A DNA stretch of 64,000 nt from Methanotrichaceae archaeon. Lineage in GTDB: Archaea; Halobacteriota; Methanosarcinia; Methanotrichales; Methanotrichaceae. The notes below the pieces were generated by a model. The model made no database searches, was not told where the DNA came from, and saw nothing but the letters and a program-made list of their open reading frames with translations. Numbering within the stretch: position 1 is the first letter of the stretch; each line of letters begins with the position of its first letter. Made by a program: the position numbers and the translations under genes. The stretch lies in the NCBI GenBank assembly GCA_963813075.1, contig CAWEXU010000031.1:96001-160000 (forward strand). Direction: 5' to 3'. Shown in pieces: positions 43,888 to 56,568 of the stretch.

Positions 43888-44517
43888 CTACCTCGTCCAG
43901 ACCGAACCGCTAAATCCTCCTGTCTTGGAGAGGGCCACCAATTTATTATCGGACTCGATCTGGAGGGCCAGATTGCCGTACTGCATAACGCTTCCCTTGG
44001 GAACGTCAGTCCATTCGGCGTCGATCATATTGCCGCTGATAGTGCCGCGCATGACATTGGACCAGCTCGGCATATTGGGATCCAGCTCGCCATACCACCA
44101 GACGTTTGTTCCTAGCTGGCGAATATAGTACTTGCCGCCGTCATCACAGTTCCAGACCCCGGTTAAGTCCATCGAAGCGATGGAGCCTTTGACACCGGAG
44201 ACGCAGCAGTCGCTGGGATTGGCTGCAGGAATGTCGTTTTTCAGCCAGCATCGAGCGTTGGCCCCCTGAACTCCAGGTTTGACATAGGTGAAAGCCCGGC
44301 AGTTGGGATCAGCATTGCAGGCTTGCTCGCACAGAGTCGGGTTGGCAGCAGCGAGGTCGAAACTATTGTAGTCCATTCCAGGACGGTCCGTATTCATTTC
44401 CAGGGCCATGGATTCAAAAACGCCGGTCAAGACAAAGAACAGAACAGCGATAGATACCATGGCAACCATTTCTTCCTTAGGTCTTTCCTTTATCATTTTG
44501 TAATTCCTCCAGATCAT
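43888..44517 (-). CDS. Secreted PAN/Apple-domain protein
   Basis: NTDRPGMDY...CEQACNADPNCRAFTYVKPG...CWLK...CCVSG plus a second beta domain. Confidence 0.85.
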   Translation of the reverse strand: MIWRNYKMIKERPKEEMVAMVSIAVLFFVLTGVFESMALEMNTDRPGMDYNSFDLAAANPTLCEQACNADPNCRAFTYVKPGVQGANARCWLKNDIPAANPSDCCVSGVKGSIASMDLTGVWNCDDGGKYYIRQLGTNVWWYGELDPNMPSWSNVMRGTISGNMIDAEWTDVPKGSVMQYGNLALQIESDNKLVALSKTGGFSGSVWTR

Positions 44518-44869
44518 GTGAAATTAATTAATCTAAAATTGTGCCTTAAATCGGTCCGCATTTTAGGCAATTCGGAAATCCTTAGTCCTGCCAGTACCAG
44601 TGGCTCCAATTCTCTTGCTGGGCTGCTCCATAACAGAGGTCGTCATCATCTCCTCTTTTTTAGATAAGATACACTCAACTTTTAACTATTTAAAATATGT
44701 GCTAGCATGTGTCAGGATACGAGATAAAAAAAATTTGCGAAAAAATTCATCCGAGAGCTGAATCCTGAAGACCTCAGACAAGATCTCTGGCGGCATCCAG
44801 CTCCATATTGAATAATGTTAAAGACAGGGAAACGTCCAAATAGAAGCGAAACCATACCCGAAAGCTAAA

Positions 44870-45562
44870 ATGAAGCTCAAAATCTTAATCACCGGAGCCA
44901 GAGTGCATGATGTGGGATACAGGGTATTCCTTCTAAAACATGCCATGAACCTGGCTATTCCTGGGCTTTCCGTTTATAACTGGGATAAAGACGGCCAGCA
45001 ACAGGTAATAGCCCTTGTGGAAGCTGATGAAGGCAGAATAGCCACCTTCAAACAGGTAGCCACAGAGAAGAGACCTGAACTTGCCGAAGTATCCGAAGTA
45101 GCCTTTGAACCTTACGATGAAGATATAGGGCGAGCTAGTGAGTTAGCGATGTTTTGCTCTTTTGTTCAGTTAGACAAGGCAATCCCTCTTATGCTAAAGA
45201 TGAATGAAAGGTCTAGCTCATCAGATAATAAATTAGGTTCAATAGATGATAAATTAGGCTCGATGAATGAAAAAATGGACTCGTTAGCTGAAAATATGGG
45301 CTCGATGAATGAAAAAGTGGGCTCGATGAATGAAAAAGTGGGCTCGATGAATGAAAAAATGGACTCGTTGGCTGAAAATATGGGCTCAATGGCTGAAAAA
45401 ATGGGCTCAATGGCTGAAAACATGGGCTCAATGGCGGAAAACCAAAAGGAAACACTTGAGGAGATTAGGGGCCTTCGCGAGGATCTTGTTGGCAGCCGGG
45501 AATGGCAACGTAGAATTGAACGTGATATCTCAGTGATTAAGAGCAAAGTCGGAATCCGTTAG
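44870..45562 (+). CDS. Acylphosphatase-domain protein with heptad-repeat tail
   Basis: ITGARVHDVGYRVFL; 21-nt repeats encoding GSMNEKx/GSMAExM. Confidence 0.8.
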   Translation: MKLKILITGARVHDVGYRVFLLKHAMNLAIPGLSVYNWDKDGQQQVIALVEADEGRIATFKQVATEKRPELAEVSEVAFEPYDEDIGRASELAMFCSFVQLDKAIPLMLKMNERSSSSDNKLGSIDDKLGSMNEKMDSLAENMGSMNEKVGSMNEKVGSMNEKMDSLAENMGSMAEKMGSMAENMGSMAENQKETLEEIRGLREDLVGSREWQRRIERDISVIKSKVGIR

Positions 45563-46141
45563 AATAGCGTATCAAACGCAATATCTAGGAAATCCCGCTG
45601 ATCTCCTGGTCTAGTGTGGCCTCAAAGGAAGCCATTTTTATGAATATCGCCCTTACGTTCTCCAGCAAAAGAAAGGAGCAACCACTGCAATGCCCGCCGC
45701 TGTGGAGATGAGAGACGCACCCAAAATTATGTTGAAGGCATCCCTTCTGGATGGCCTCCTTTTCATCCCCCCATCGGCAATGTACAAGAGCAAGCTCCCG
45801 TATAATTTCGTCCTCTTCTCCTCTTTTATGTTCCTGAGGATGGTATCATCAAGCTGCTCTTTTATTAGAGGTATAAGCGCTGCTTGCTTCCTTTATAGAC
45901 CACCCAGGGAATAAGGCAGTCAATGAGAAGAAGAAAAGCCTTCCCAAAGCTTTCCACCTAAGGAATGCAGCAGTGCCCCATCATAGCCAAGCGCCTCCAG
46001 CCTGAAGACCACCATCATCCGGTGCCAGATGATTCCAACCAGAATGATATCAATCACCCATTCCCAAAACTGGTCCTCTCAGCTCGCCAGGTCTAAACTT
46101 CTCATTAATTCATTAGCTTCCCCTGCGCTCATCTTTCAGGT

Positions 46142-47436
46142 TTAACTTCCTTTCCCATGGCATTTCTTATACTTCAGTCCGCTCCCGCAGGGGCAGGGAT
46201 CGTTTCTACCGGGCTTATAGATCACCTGGGGAACCTGGCCGTTCCGGGTGTACTTCATAATCTCTGCCGCATCCCGGCCTGAGCGCAGCTCGTGGGCCAT
46301 AAAGCGCATGGGTCCGTCGATGTGCCTGAAAAACTCCCTGTAGCCGGCGCAGAGATAATTGAGCCCCGATTCTCCATCGGGCGTCTTGATGAAGCGGTTC
46401 TTGGGGCACTCGCCGTTGCAGACGAATCTCACCTCGCAGCGGAGGCAGTATTCGGGCAGAGTATCCAGCTTATCCCGGCCGAACTTTCTGCTGCTTTTTA
46501 GAGCTGGCTATCTGGGCCATGCTCCTCTCATTGATATTGCCCAGGTAGTATTTCGGCTCCACAAAGTGATCGCATGAGTACATGTCCCCGTTGTGCTCCA
46601 AGGCCATGGCCGTGCCGCATCTCTCGGAGAAGGCGCAGATTCCGGGAGGCATTCCCATCCAGGCGGCCAGGGCCACATCGAAGATCTGCACGAACATCCG
46701 CCCCACATCCCGTCGCACCCATTCATCGAAAACCGAGATCAGAAAGCGGCCGTACTGACGAGCCTCGACTGAGCGATCGGTGACATGATCTCCTTCCTGG
46801 AATCCGGTCTCGTTGTCCCTCTCCACAATGGGTATGAACTGGATGAAGTTGGCCCGGACCTCATCTCTGATAAAGCGGTAGACCTCCAGGGGATGCTCGC
46901 CATTGGCGGCATGGACGGTGGTCAGGATGTTGTAGTCCACCTTGTGCCGGCGAAGGAGCCGGGCGGCGTTCATCACTCTATCGAAGGTGGGCCCTCCCGA
47001 TTTGTCCACCCGGTAGGCATCATGAAGCTCTCTTGGCCCGTCTAAAGATAAGCCGATTAAGAAGTTGTTCTCCCGGAAGAACCGACACCATTCGTCGTCC
47101 AGGAGAGTGCCGTTGGTCTGCATGGTGTTCTGGATGAGCATATTCGGGTACATGCGCATGTACTTCTTTTCACACTCAATCGAGCGCCTGGAAGAAGTCC
47201 AGGCCCATCAGAGTGGGCTCGCCCCCCTGCCAGGCAATGGTGGCCAGAGGGCATTGTTGGGCTTCGATGTACTGGCGGATGTAGTTCTCCAAAAGCTCGT
47301 CGGACATCCTGAAACTGCTGCCTGGGTAAAGGCTCTTTTTGGACAGGAAAAAGCAGTATTTGCAGCCTAAATTGCATGACGCTCCTGTGGGCTTGGCCAG
47401 GAGATGAAAGCCAGGCAGTGTGCTGGTTTTGCTCAT
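46142..47436 (-). CDS. Anaerobic sulfatase maturase (radical SAM/SPASM) with SEC-C tail, frameshifted
   Basis: [49 protein letters not shown]. Confidence 0.9.
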
Positions 47437-47484
47437 GTGATAGCAGATATCTCTTTTTAATTGATATTTTTATCTGATAAGCAT

Positions 47485-47600
47485 TAACTTTAAATAGCTT
47501 AAGCTTTATAAATATTAAAGAAATCCTTCTAAATAATATCAGATTAGGCGGGATTACTCGATAAAAAAATAGCTGAAATTCCCATGTGGTGGTGTATCTT
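47485..47600 (+). promoter_or_regulatory. TATA-type promoter and short leader of adhesin paralogue 1
   Basis: TTTAAATAGCTTAAGCTT shared with 59581 and nearly with 57415. Confidence 0.65.
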
Positions 47601-47601
47601 A

Positions 47602-48997
47602 ATGAAACGGACAAATTGGATATTGCTGGTCGCCTTTTTGGGGCTGGTTTTTGGCCAGATGGGCTCCGCCCTGAAATATGAGGAGCATTGTTTTATGTTC
47701 GAAAATAGTATCCCTTCTATCCAAATCGCATCATTTCCCCAGTTCGATCCGAACCTGGGTACTTTGACAAGGGTTAAAGTGACTGTGGATGCTTCGGCTT
47801 GTCAATCCTTTGCCATTGATGCCGAAGACTTTTGGTCCGCCCATACAATTGTTCATCTTGACACGACAGTATCGGCTGGAGAGCAATTTGCCCTGGTCCC
47901 ATTGGAAATATGGCGCAATGAATTTGATTCATACAATGACTTTGTATGCGGTAATGATAGCGATGAATTTATCTACGACGATCCTGCTGCTCTCGCCGAC
48001 TGGACTGGCTCAGGCAATGTGGACTTTATAACCCAGGCAGTCGATGACACAATAATAGATGCATCCGGTTCCGTCGATGCCAGAATTAGCAGCGATGCCG
48101 GTGAGACTATCTGCGTCGCCTATGAATACATTCCATTGCTTTGCATCAATGGCTCGAAGATAAATGACTGCACTGGAGAGGGAATTCCTGGCTGGGAGGT
48201 CTGCCTGATCAAACCTGATGGCGAAATGGTCTGCACCACGACCGATGAGAGCGGCGATTACTCGTTCTGCGAACTGGGGTCTGGAGACTATACAGTCTGC
48301 GAAGAAACCAGAGATGGCTGGTTGCCAAAGGGTCCGATCTGCATAGATGTGACCCTTGTGGATGAGAGTGCGGAAGGGGTCGAATTCCTTAACGAGCCGC
48401 TATTTTGCATAAGTGGCCACAAATATAACAGCAAGACCGATGCTGGCGTCTCTGGCTGGCTGATTACCCTCAAGGACGATAGTGGTGCCGTGCTCGATCA
48501 AAAACAGACCGGTACAGGGGGCTACTATGAGTTTTGCGGACTGGAGAGCGGTGACTATACTGTCTGCGAAGAGCTTAAATCCGGCTGGAAGCGGGTCGGA
48601 CCGGAATGCATAGATGTGACACTGGAATGCGCGAACTCTGAGGACAACGACTTCGAGAATAAGCCCGGCCCCAATCCCCCCTGCAGAAATGGGTGCCCGT
48701 GGTTCATCAAAAATGAGCTGTACACCGCCAGTTGCCAGGAGGTTAAGGAGGTCGATGCTAAGCAAAGGAATCCTGGCAAATGACCCGGCAGGCTCAATAG
48801 TAGCTGATCCTGAGTCGATAACCATCGACCCCAAGTACGGCACTATTGAGGTCCATGAGGATGGATCTTTTGTATACGACCCGGCTGGAGCTGCAGGATT
48901 AAATCCAGGTGCTTATGTGGTATTCAAGTACAACGCTAACAACGGAAGATGTGATGCAAAGTATCCTGGTATTGCTAAGATCCAGATCAGATGTTGA
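47602..48997 (+). CDS. Secreted Cys-rich adhesin-like protein 1 (choice-of-anchor E-like + 2 SdrD-B-like + Ig/cadherin-like; frameshift ~48765)
   Basis: Signal peptide; PQFDPNLGTL; GEGIPGW...G.Y.FC.L..G.Y.VCEE repeats; GILAND...DGSFVYDP...KIQIRC. Confidence 0.8.
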
Positions 48998-49039
48998 GAT
49001 TAACTAATATTTTTTAGATTAAATACTTAAATTGACCAT

Positions 49040-49330
49040 CAGCCCAGGGTTTCTTGAAAGCGATTCTTCGAAGGAATTCCCTATCAAGCGGCCAAAGCCA
49101 CTTCGAAGATCTGCGCGAACATTCGGATCACATCGCTTCGCATCCATTCATCCAGGCCCCATAAGGCGTGCGTACCTGTCTGTCAGGTGATGAGTCAAGA
49201 GGGCCACGCCAGTCATCGATGCACTAGGACATGATGTTCTCTGAAGAAGTTAATCTTATGTTGAACGCCTCTCAGGCCGGATGATATTCGGGTCATCGGG
49301 GAAAGGCTGACTGGCAGAAAGTTTCTCATT
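49040..49330 (-). pseudogene. Degenerate fragment of a second sulfatase maturase
   Basis: DEWMRSDVIRMFAQIFEVALAA (49084-49153) matches [22 protein letters not shown] (46660-46730). Confidence 0.75.
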
Positions 49331-50336
49331 GCGGCTGAGAGTCAATGGCCTGATATAAGGCAGAAAATTCACAGATAACATAGCATACAACCGATGGATG
49401 TGAATTCTCAGGTGATTCATCCTTTAGACTGATCATCTCCATTACCTCCAGAGAATATGCTAATATAAAAACACTAAATTAACTAATATTAGGAACAGAT
49501 TGCTCATAACTTTGCAGACGTGGTTAATTATTAGATGTTAATATTAAAAGATAATTCAAGAAAATGTCAAGAGTTTTCAGTATTTTATTTATAAATAAGT
49601 GTAAATTCTTTTTCTTATTTTAAAATTGTGTCAATTACTTATTTAATATATGTTCTATAGATAATTAGGCTTAATATTAGCAGGATAATTGGATTATTCG
49701 AATTAGGCTTGAAAATAGTAATAAAAATTTGATAGTATACAATAAAGTAAATTATAAATATCGGCAATCTCAACGTCAATTGACTACAATATTAATTAAA
49801 AAATTAGATAATTTAATATATTAAAAAGAAATTTCAAATTTGCATTTGCCATATCTGATATTAATATCATAATTAGGTTAACTAATTATCCCTGCACGAT
49901 GCCGTAGTAATAACAGAGATTTAATATTATTTTTTATAATTAGAATACTGTGAAAGGGAAACACATACTAATATAAAAAATTCTTTATGTGTCGATAAAA
50001 TATACCTTTTATACGGCAAAGCTTAAATATTACCGTCTTTAATGTCAATTGGTTGCGAATTTAATCCTAGATATTGGAGGGAGTGAATCAGGAAGCAAAA
50101 GTATTTGCAGGCATAAATTTGAGATTCAAATAGGTACTAATAATAAGGTAGTAAATTACTTATAATAGATACGTACATTAATACTACCAAGAAATGCCGA
50201 GTCGAATAATCGGTTAATGAGAATTGCAGGTTAGTCTTAGCTATAAAAATTAGAAGGTGTTAATACAATAAGTTTTATATATGATTAAAAAAAGATGGCA
50301 ATTCTCGACAATAGTCGATAAGAATCCAAATTTGTA

Positions 50337-53300
50337 TTGGATGGTGAGAATTTGAAAGGAAAAGTTGTTACGTGTTTGGTGTCTCTTGCTTTATTATTCA
50401 TAACCGCTTCATTTTCGCAGGCGGACACCTTCGATCTAGCCAAAATGAATAGCCCTCCGACAGAACCATCTGTTCCTTCAGGTCCAACATCTGGCTCATC
50501 GGGAACATACTACGGCTATACCACCAAATCAATCGATCCTGATGGAAACCAGATCAGGTACACCATTGACTGGGGTGATGGAACTGTTTCCACTACCTGC
50601 TTGGTCAACCAAGGCTTAACAATAAGAGTTTTCCATAAATGGAGTGTCTCTTCTGGAACAACTGATACCTTCGACGTAAGAGTGAAGGCTACCGATCGTT
50701 ACGGGCTGGCCTCAGACTGGTCAAGTTCGTTACCTGTCACCATAACTGGTTCATCTACCACAAGCATTAATAATCCTCCATCAACACCCTCTACTCCTTC
50801 AGGTTCAACATCTGGCTCCTCAGGGATATCTTATAGCTACACTACCAGAGCAAATGATCCCGATGGAGATAAGGTTAAATATTCATTTGATTGGGGAGAC
50901 GGAACCATATCTGCCACATCTCTGGTCAGCTCAGGCACAGCAGCTAGCGCACCTCATACCTGGACGGTTGCTTCTGGATCGACCAAGACATTCAGCGTGC
51001 GCTCCAAAGCCACAGATGAGAACGGGAAGGCGTCAGCCTGGTCAAGTCCATTGTCAGTTACCATAAAAGGTTCTGCCATCTCCAGCGATAACAATCCACC
51101 ATCAACACCGTCTATTCCTTCAGGCTCAACATCTGGCTCCTCAGGGATGCTATATCGCTACTCAACCAAAGCGATTGATCCTGATGGTGACAGAGTAAAA
51201 TACATCTTCGATTGGGGTGATGGAACTGTATCCACCACATCTCTGCTCAGCTCAGGCGCATCAGCAAGTGGATCTCATATCTGGAATGTTGATATTGGAT
51301 CGACAAAGACCTTCAGCGTGCGCTCCAAAGCCACAGATGAGAAGGGAATGGAGTCAGTCTGGTCAAGTCCACTGTCAGTTACCATAAAAGGTTCTTCCGC
51401 TTCCATTGAGAACTATCCTCCATCAATTCCATCAATTCCCTCAGGTCCTGCAACAGGCTCCTCAGGAATATCCTACGGCTTCACTACCAAGTCGTCAGAT
51501 CCTGATAAGGATCAGATAAGATATATATTTGACTGGGGTGATGGAACTGCATCTTCCACCTGCCTGGTCAGTCCAGACATCACGATAAGAGTATTTCATA
51601 AATGGGCTGTCGCTTCTGGATCAAAGACCTTTGATATTCGGGTAAAGTCCATGGACGAGCACGGGATGACCTCTAGCTATTCCAGTCCATCATCCATTAC
51701 CATAACCAATGAGGCTCTCCCAAGCATTAATAGCCCGCCGGCAGCTCCATCAGTTCCTTCTGGCTCCACATCGGGCAGCTCAGGGACCGCTTACAGCTAC
51801 TCTGCCAAAGCATCTGATCCCGATGGTGATCGGGTGAAGTACACCTTCGATTGGGGAGATGGAACCACATCTGCCACATCTCTGGTCGCCTCGGGCACAG
51901 CAGCGAGCGCACCTCATACCTGGACGGTTGCTGCTGGAACAACAAAGACATTCAGTGTGAAAGCAAAGACCACAGATGAGAAGGGTCTGGAGTCAGGCTG
52001 GTCAAGCGCATTATCGGTTACCATAACCGGTCCGGCTGCGGTGAACAATCCTCCAGATAGCTCCATCAATTCCCTCAGGTTCCACATCGGGCAGCTCAGG
52101 GTCGTCCTACAGCTACTCTGCCAAGACAACCGATCCCGATGGAGATAGGGTGAAATACACCTTCGATTGGGGAGATGGAACCATATCGACTACATCCCTG
52201 GTCAGCTCGGGCACAGCATCGAGCGCATCCCATAGCTGGACGGTTGCCTCTGGGTCGACAAAGACCTTCAGCGTGCGCGCTAAGGCCACAGATGAGAAGG
52301 GTTTGGATTCGGGCTGGTCAAGTGCATTATCAGTTACCATAAAGGGTCCGGCTCCGGTGAACAATCCTCCAGTAGCTCCATCAATTCCCTCAGGTCCCAC
52401 ATCGGGCAGCTCAGGGTCGTCTTACAGCTACTCTGCCAAGGCAACTGATCCCGATGGAGATCGGGTGAAATACACCTTCGATTGGGGAGACGGAACCACA
52501 TCTGCTACATCCCTGGTCAGCTCGGGCACAGCAGCGAGCGCATCCCATAGCTGGACGGTTGCTTCTGGATCGACCAAGACATTCAGTGTGAAAGCAAAGA
52601 CCACAGATGAGAAGGGGATTGGAGTCAGGCTGGTCAAGTGCATTATCGGTTAGCATAACCGGTCCGGCCGGTGAACAATCCACCAATAGCTCCATCAACT
52701 CCCTCAGGTTCCACATCGGGCAGCTCAGGGATCATCTTACAGCTATTCTGCTAAGGCAACTGATCCCGATGGAGATCGGGTGAAATACACCTTCGACTGG
52801 GGAGACGGAACCATATCTGCTACATCCCTGGTATCTTCGGGCACAGCAGCGAGCGCATCCCATAGCTGGACGGTTGCTTCTGGGACGACAAAGACCTTCA
52901 GCGTGAAAGCAAAGGCCACAGATGAGGAGGGACTGGAGTCAAGCTGGTCAAGCCCGCTTTCGGTTACGATAAAGGGGCCGGCGACCACGGATACTACCAA
53001 TAGTCCCCCAAGAGCTCCAAGAGCTCCAATCGGCAAATTGATGGGCGATACACGATACTCCTACACCTACGAAACCGTGGGACATGATCCAGAAGGGGAC
53101 GCGATAAAATACACGTTTGACTGGGGAGATGGTACTACTTCCACCACGGGATATGTAGCATCTGGTACATATGCTAGTGCAACGCATAAATGGTCAGGCA
53201 TAGCACCAGGAGACGGCAAAGCATTTACTCTCAAAGCGATGGCTACAGACAGCCATGGAACACAGTCGGTATGGTCACAGACTGTGAATGTGATTATGTG

Positions 53301-54147
53301 TGAACCATATGTAAACTATCCCCCAGCTAATCCGGTGCTCTCTGGGCCAGCAGAAGTCGAATCTGGAGTGCCTGCCAGGTTCACAGTTGTATCCACCGAC
53401 CCGAACGAAGTAGACAAGATACGATATGTAATCCATTGGGGCGACGCTACCAATACCGAGACTGATTTTTATCCATCCGGACAGAAAGTGACCGTATATC
53501 ATACCTGGAATGTTCCGGCAGGTATAACATTGAAACCCTATATAACTGCGATAGCGGTTGATCAGAGAAATCAGGCGTCTGATTATTTCTCAAATGCGTT
53601 GAAATATAGTATAACTGGTCTTGCATCAGAGACAAGTCCTTTAATCTATACTCAAAAATCTGGATTAGAATCTGAAGCATATGATTCAATGTATATGCAG
53701 ACTGAAGGGGCTGGCTCTGATATGCAGGCCAACGAATCAGACTCCGATGAAGTGCCAATTGAAGAGGCTGTTCCCTTGGATGAGCTGTTTATTGAATCAG
53801 AGTCAGTAGATGTGCCTATCGAAGAAGAACTCCCATTTGTAATGGATGATGAATATTCCATGGCATCTAATGGTAGTGTTCTGGAGATCAGCAATCCTAC
53901 AGTGTTAGAAAACGATCAATACTGGGGAGATAAATCTTTATCTGTAACAAGCTACACTCAGCCAGCACACGCCGCGGATTTCTTCATGAATCCAGATGGT
54001 TCCTTCGCATATACTCGCACCAAGGATTATTGTGGAGAAGACAGCTTCACCTATAGGGTAACAGATGGAGATTGGGAATCCAACATGGCTACAGTCACTA
54101 TCTACATAGACTGCGATATTAGAAGTGAAGAGGAGATGACGTATTAA
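50337..54147 (+). CDS. Large surface protein with ten PKD repeats and a C-terminal Ig/cadherin-like domain (frameshifted)
   Basis: Signal peptide; 10x Y(T/S/I/V)x(D/H)WGD with NxPPxxPxxPSG linkers; tail DGSFAY...DSFTYRVTDG. Confidence 0.85.
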
Positions 54148-54540
54148 AAGCAGCTATACTCGTTAACAAGTGCATGGCTAAATTTAATCATTTTCATATT
54201 TTTTATTATTTTAAACGGGCATTATTACTATTCGTCCAAATGTCCCCTACATTAAAGTATCTATGCCTACAAATTCGAGCATTGGTGGGACAGATGGTGC
54301 AAGTAGATGAGCCAGATCTGGTTTACAAGGGCCCCTGGGTCAGAAGCGCTCAACAAAGGTTGTTCTAAACGCTTGAAACCGACTATGCTTTCCGAGGGCT
54401 ACTTGTCGATCTCTGGTGAATCTTATCTGGGATTTTCTCAATGAGACTTTCAGTGAGAAGCTTCATGAAGGTCAGATTGCTTTCCATGCAGCATCTGCCC
54501 TCCGAGCCTCCTGGAAAAAGACTTTCGCAGGTCAAACAGC

Positions 54541-55120
54541 GCACCCCGCTGCAAGCAGCGGGGCATGTTCGCGCCGTTTGCCTTCATTCGAAATCTAGCA
54601 AATTCATTTGCTTATAGGCTTCCTTTTCTTCAGGCGTTCCTTGTGTTTCAACATAATTCCGTATGGTGTCAGCCATAACACCATCACCTACAGTTCCAAC
54701 ATAACCCCCATCGCTCCAAAATTCTCCTCCCCAAAGCTGTTTTTTTACTTCAGGATACTTTTTAAAAAATTCTCTTGCGGTTATACTCTTTACAATTTGC
54801 ACAATCCTTGAAGGCGAATATCTTGGCGCAGCGCCAACAAAGATGTGAACATGATCGCCATCAGTACCAATTGCATCGAAATCGAAATGATATCGTTCAC
54901 CAATCTCACTGCATATAAATTTAATATAATTAATACGATCGATATCTTGGAGTAACTTTCTTCTATATTTTATACTAAATACCATATGATATCGAATTTT
55001 ATAGGCACAATGACTTGCCTTTTTAACCTCAATCATTTGGCATCGAATATGCCGCTTTCCTTAAGTCGGTTTCCTGACCATCCCAGCCGCAGCAAGCTGC
55101 GGGGTATTCATTTAAAAATA
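54541..55120 (-). mobile_element. tnpA: IS200/IS605-family element; tnpA at 54584..55036, no tnpB
   Basis: HUH motif DHVHIF, LWGGEFWSDGGY, YVETQ; subterminal hairpins CCCCGCTGC-AA-GCAGCGGGG (54544) and CCGCAGC-AA-GCTGCGG (55087). Confidence 0.92.
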
Positions 55121-55422
55121 AAATCTGTCCCTGTCCATCTAACGGTTCATGATCAAAACGATATGGATATCCTAGCCAAAGAAGGCACCTCTGTTCTCAG
55201 AAAGCACAAAATTCTTCGCATGACCAGCGAGGCTCTTGATCAAGACGGTCTCCTGGCTCAAGAGGACCTTGTTGTCCTGCTTTGCAGTTCCCGCAGAATA
55301 ATCCGTCGCGATATCAAGGATTGCAAAGATGTTTTTGAAGGTTACGAGTACACTGACATCGAACGTAAAACGGGTCATTCTGGCTTTTTAACCCAGATAT
55401 CTCTCAGGATTTTTAAAATCGA

Positions 55423-55743
55423 TCAGACTCTACCTTCGCGAGAGGGCTGAATGATCTTTCGGTTTTTGGGAATGATCTCCTCCGCCAATCCTTCTTGCAC
55501 ATCTTTGACCTGGTGAAGATACTTTTTCACAGTGTTCCGGGATATGTTCAGTTCGCGGGCTACTTTTTTGTAGGATTTATGGAGTTCGTACAGGTCTACG
55601 ATTCTACGTACATCTGCCATCGTTTTCACCTTACCGCCCACCTCTCAGAGTACTTGGAGAGGGAAGGCTTTCCTTCTTGGGGGGGTCAAAAACGAATTGG
55701 CGTTTCCTTAAATAGAGGGGTCAAAATTGAGTCGGCGAAAACA
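55423..55743 (-). mobile_element. IS21-family left end with truncated IstA
   Basis: End TGTTTTCGCCGACTCAATTTTGACCCC with an internal repeat; HTH KKVARELNISRNTVKKYL. Confidence 0.75.
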
Positions 55744-56568
55744 TCCTGGGCGCAATAAGACCATCGAGAACACCAAAATGCTTCCGGTCATATTATCCAT
55801 AGCGAGTCAGGATGATTTAAAGCTTAGACTCGATGGTTACTCTGCTAAGGAGATCCGGAAGTGCAAGGTAGCCAGGATACTCCGGGAGGCATATGAGCAG
55901 AATGGCGTTTTGAATCAAGCAGATGTGAGCCTCTTGATGGGGATTAGCGCCGGAACCATTGGCAAGGATATCAGAGAATTCCAATTGGAACATGGAGTTA
56001 TCCTGCCTTATCGCGGGACGGTTCACGATATCGGACCAACATTGACTCACAAAAAGGTTATCATTCAGCAATTTGTTCGGAACATACCAACTCCTGAGAT
56101 CGCACGGAGGACCTCTCATAGCGAAGAAGCTTGTGATAGGTACATCAAGGGATTTAAGAAAGTCCTATAGCTTCATGGCGATGGAATTCCTGCGGAGAAC
56201 ATTGCTTCGGAACTGGAGATGAGCAAATCCCTGGTCCGAGAGATTTGCTACTATTTTGAGTACCGAATTCTTTTTTGAAATTCAACTATTGAAAAAATTT
56301 ATATACTTGTAGTACTTATCTATAATTAGTATCATAAGTAGGAGGTATTGCTGTTGAATTAAAATTGTAAAGGAATTCTTTGCTACAAAGAGTGGCCTGG
56401 GATTTCAGTCGGCTGCAATACATAAGATCGGCCAAACGTTGGTACTGAAGTATCTGTGCAGCAAAAAAGGATATGAGAGCTGTAGCTGATAGATCATATG
56501 CTACCAAATGTAGAATTGCTCTCAGTAATGAAGATAGAACATATTAGGGAATTGGAGGGCGATTAAAA

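Larger units (their letters stand above)
54330..56240 (+). pseudogene. DUF1670-family gene(s) disrupted by IS200 and IS21
   Basis: EGQIAFHA..EPPGK | VPVHLT..EALDQDGLLAQEDL; EAYEQNGVLNQAD...PYRGTVHDIGPTLTHK. Confidence 0.7.

Noticed and set aside
45600..46105. Possible degraded membrane-protein gene on the minus strand
   Set aside because: Only short protein-like fragments in several frames; family cannot be supported
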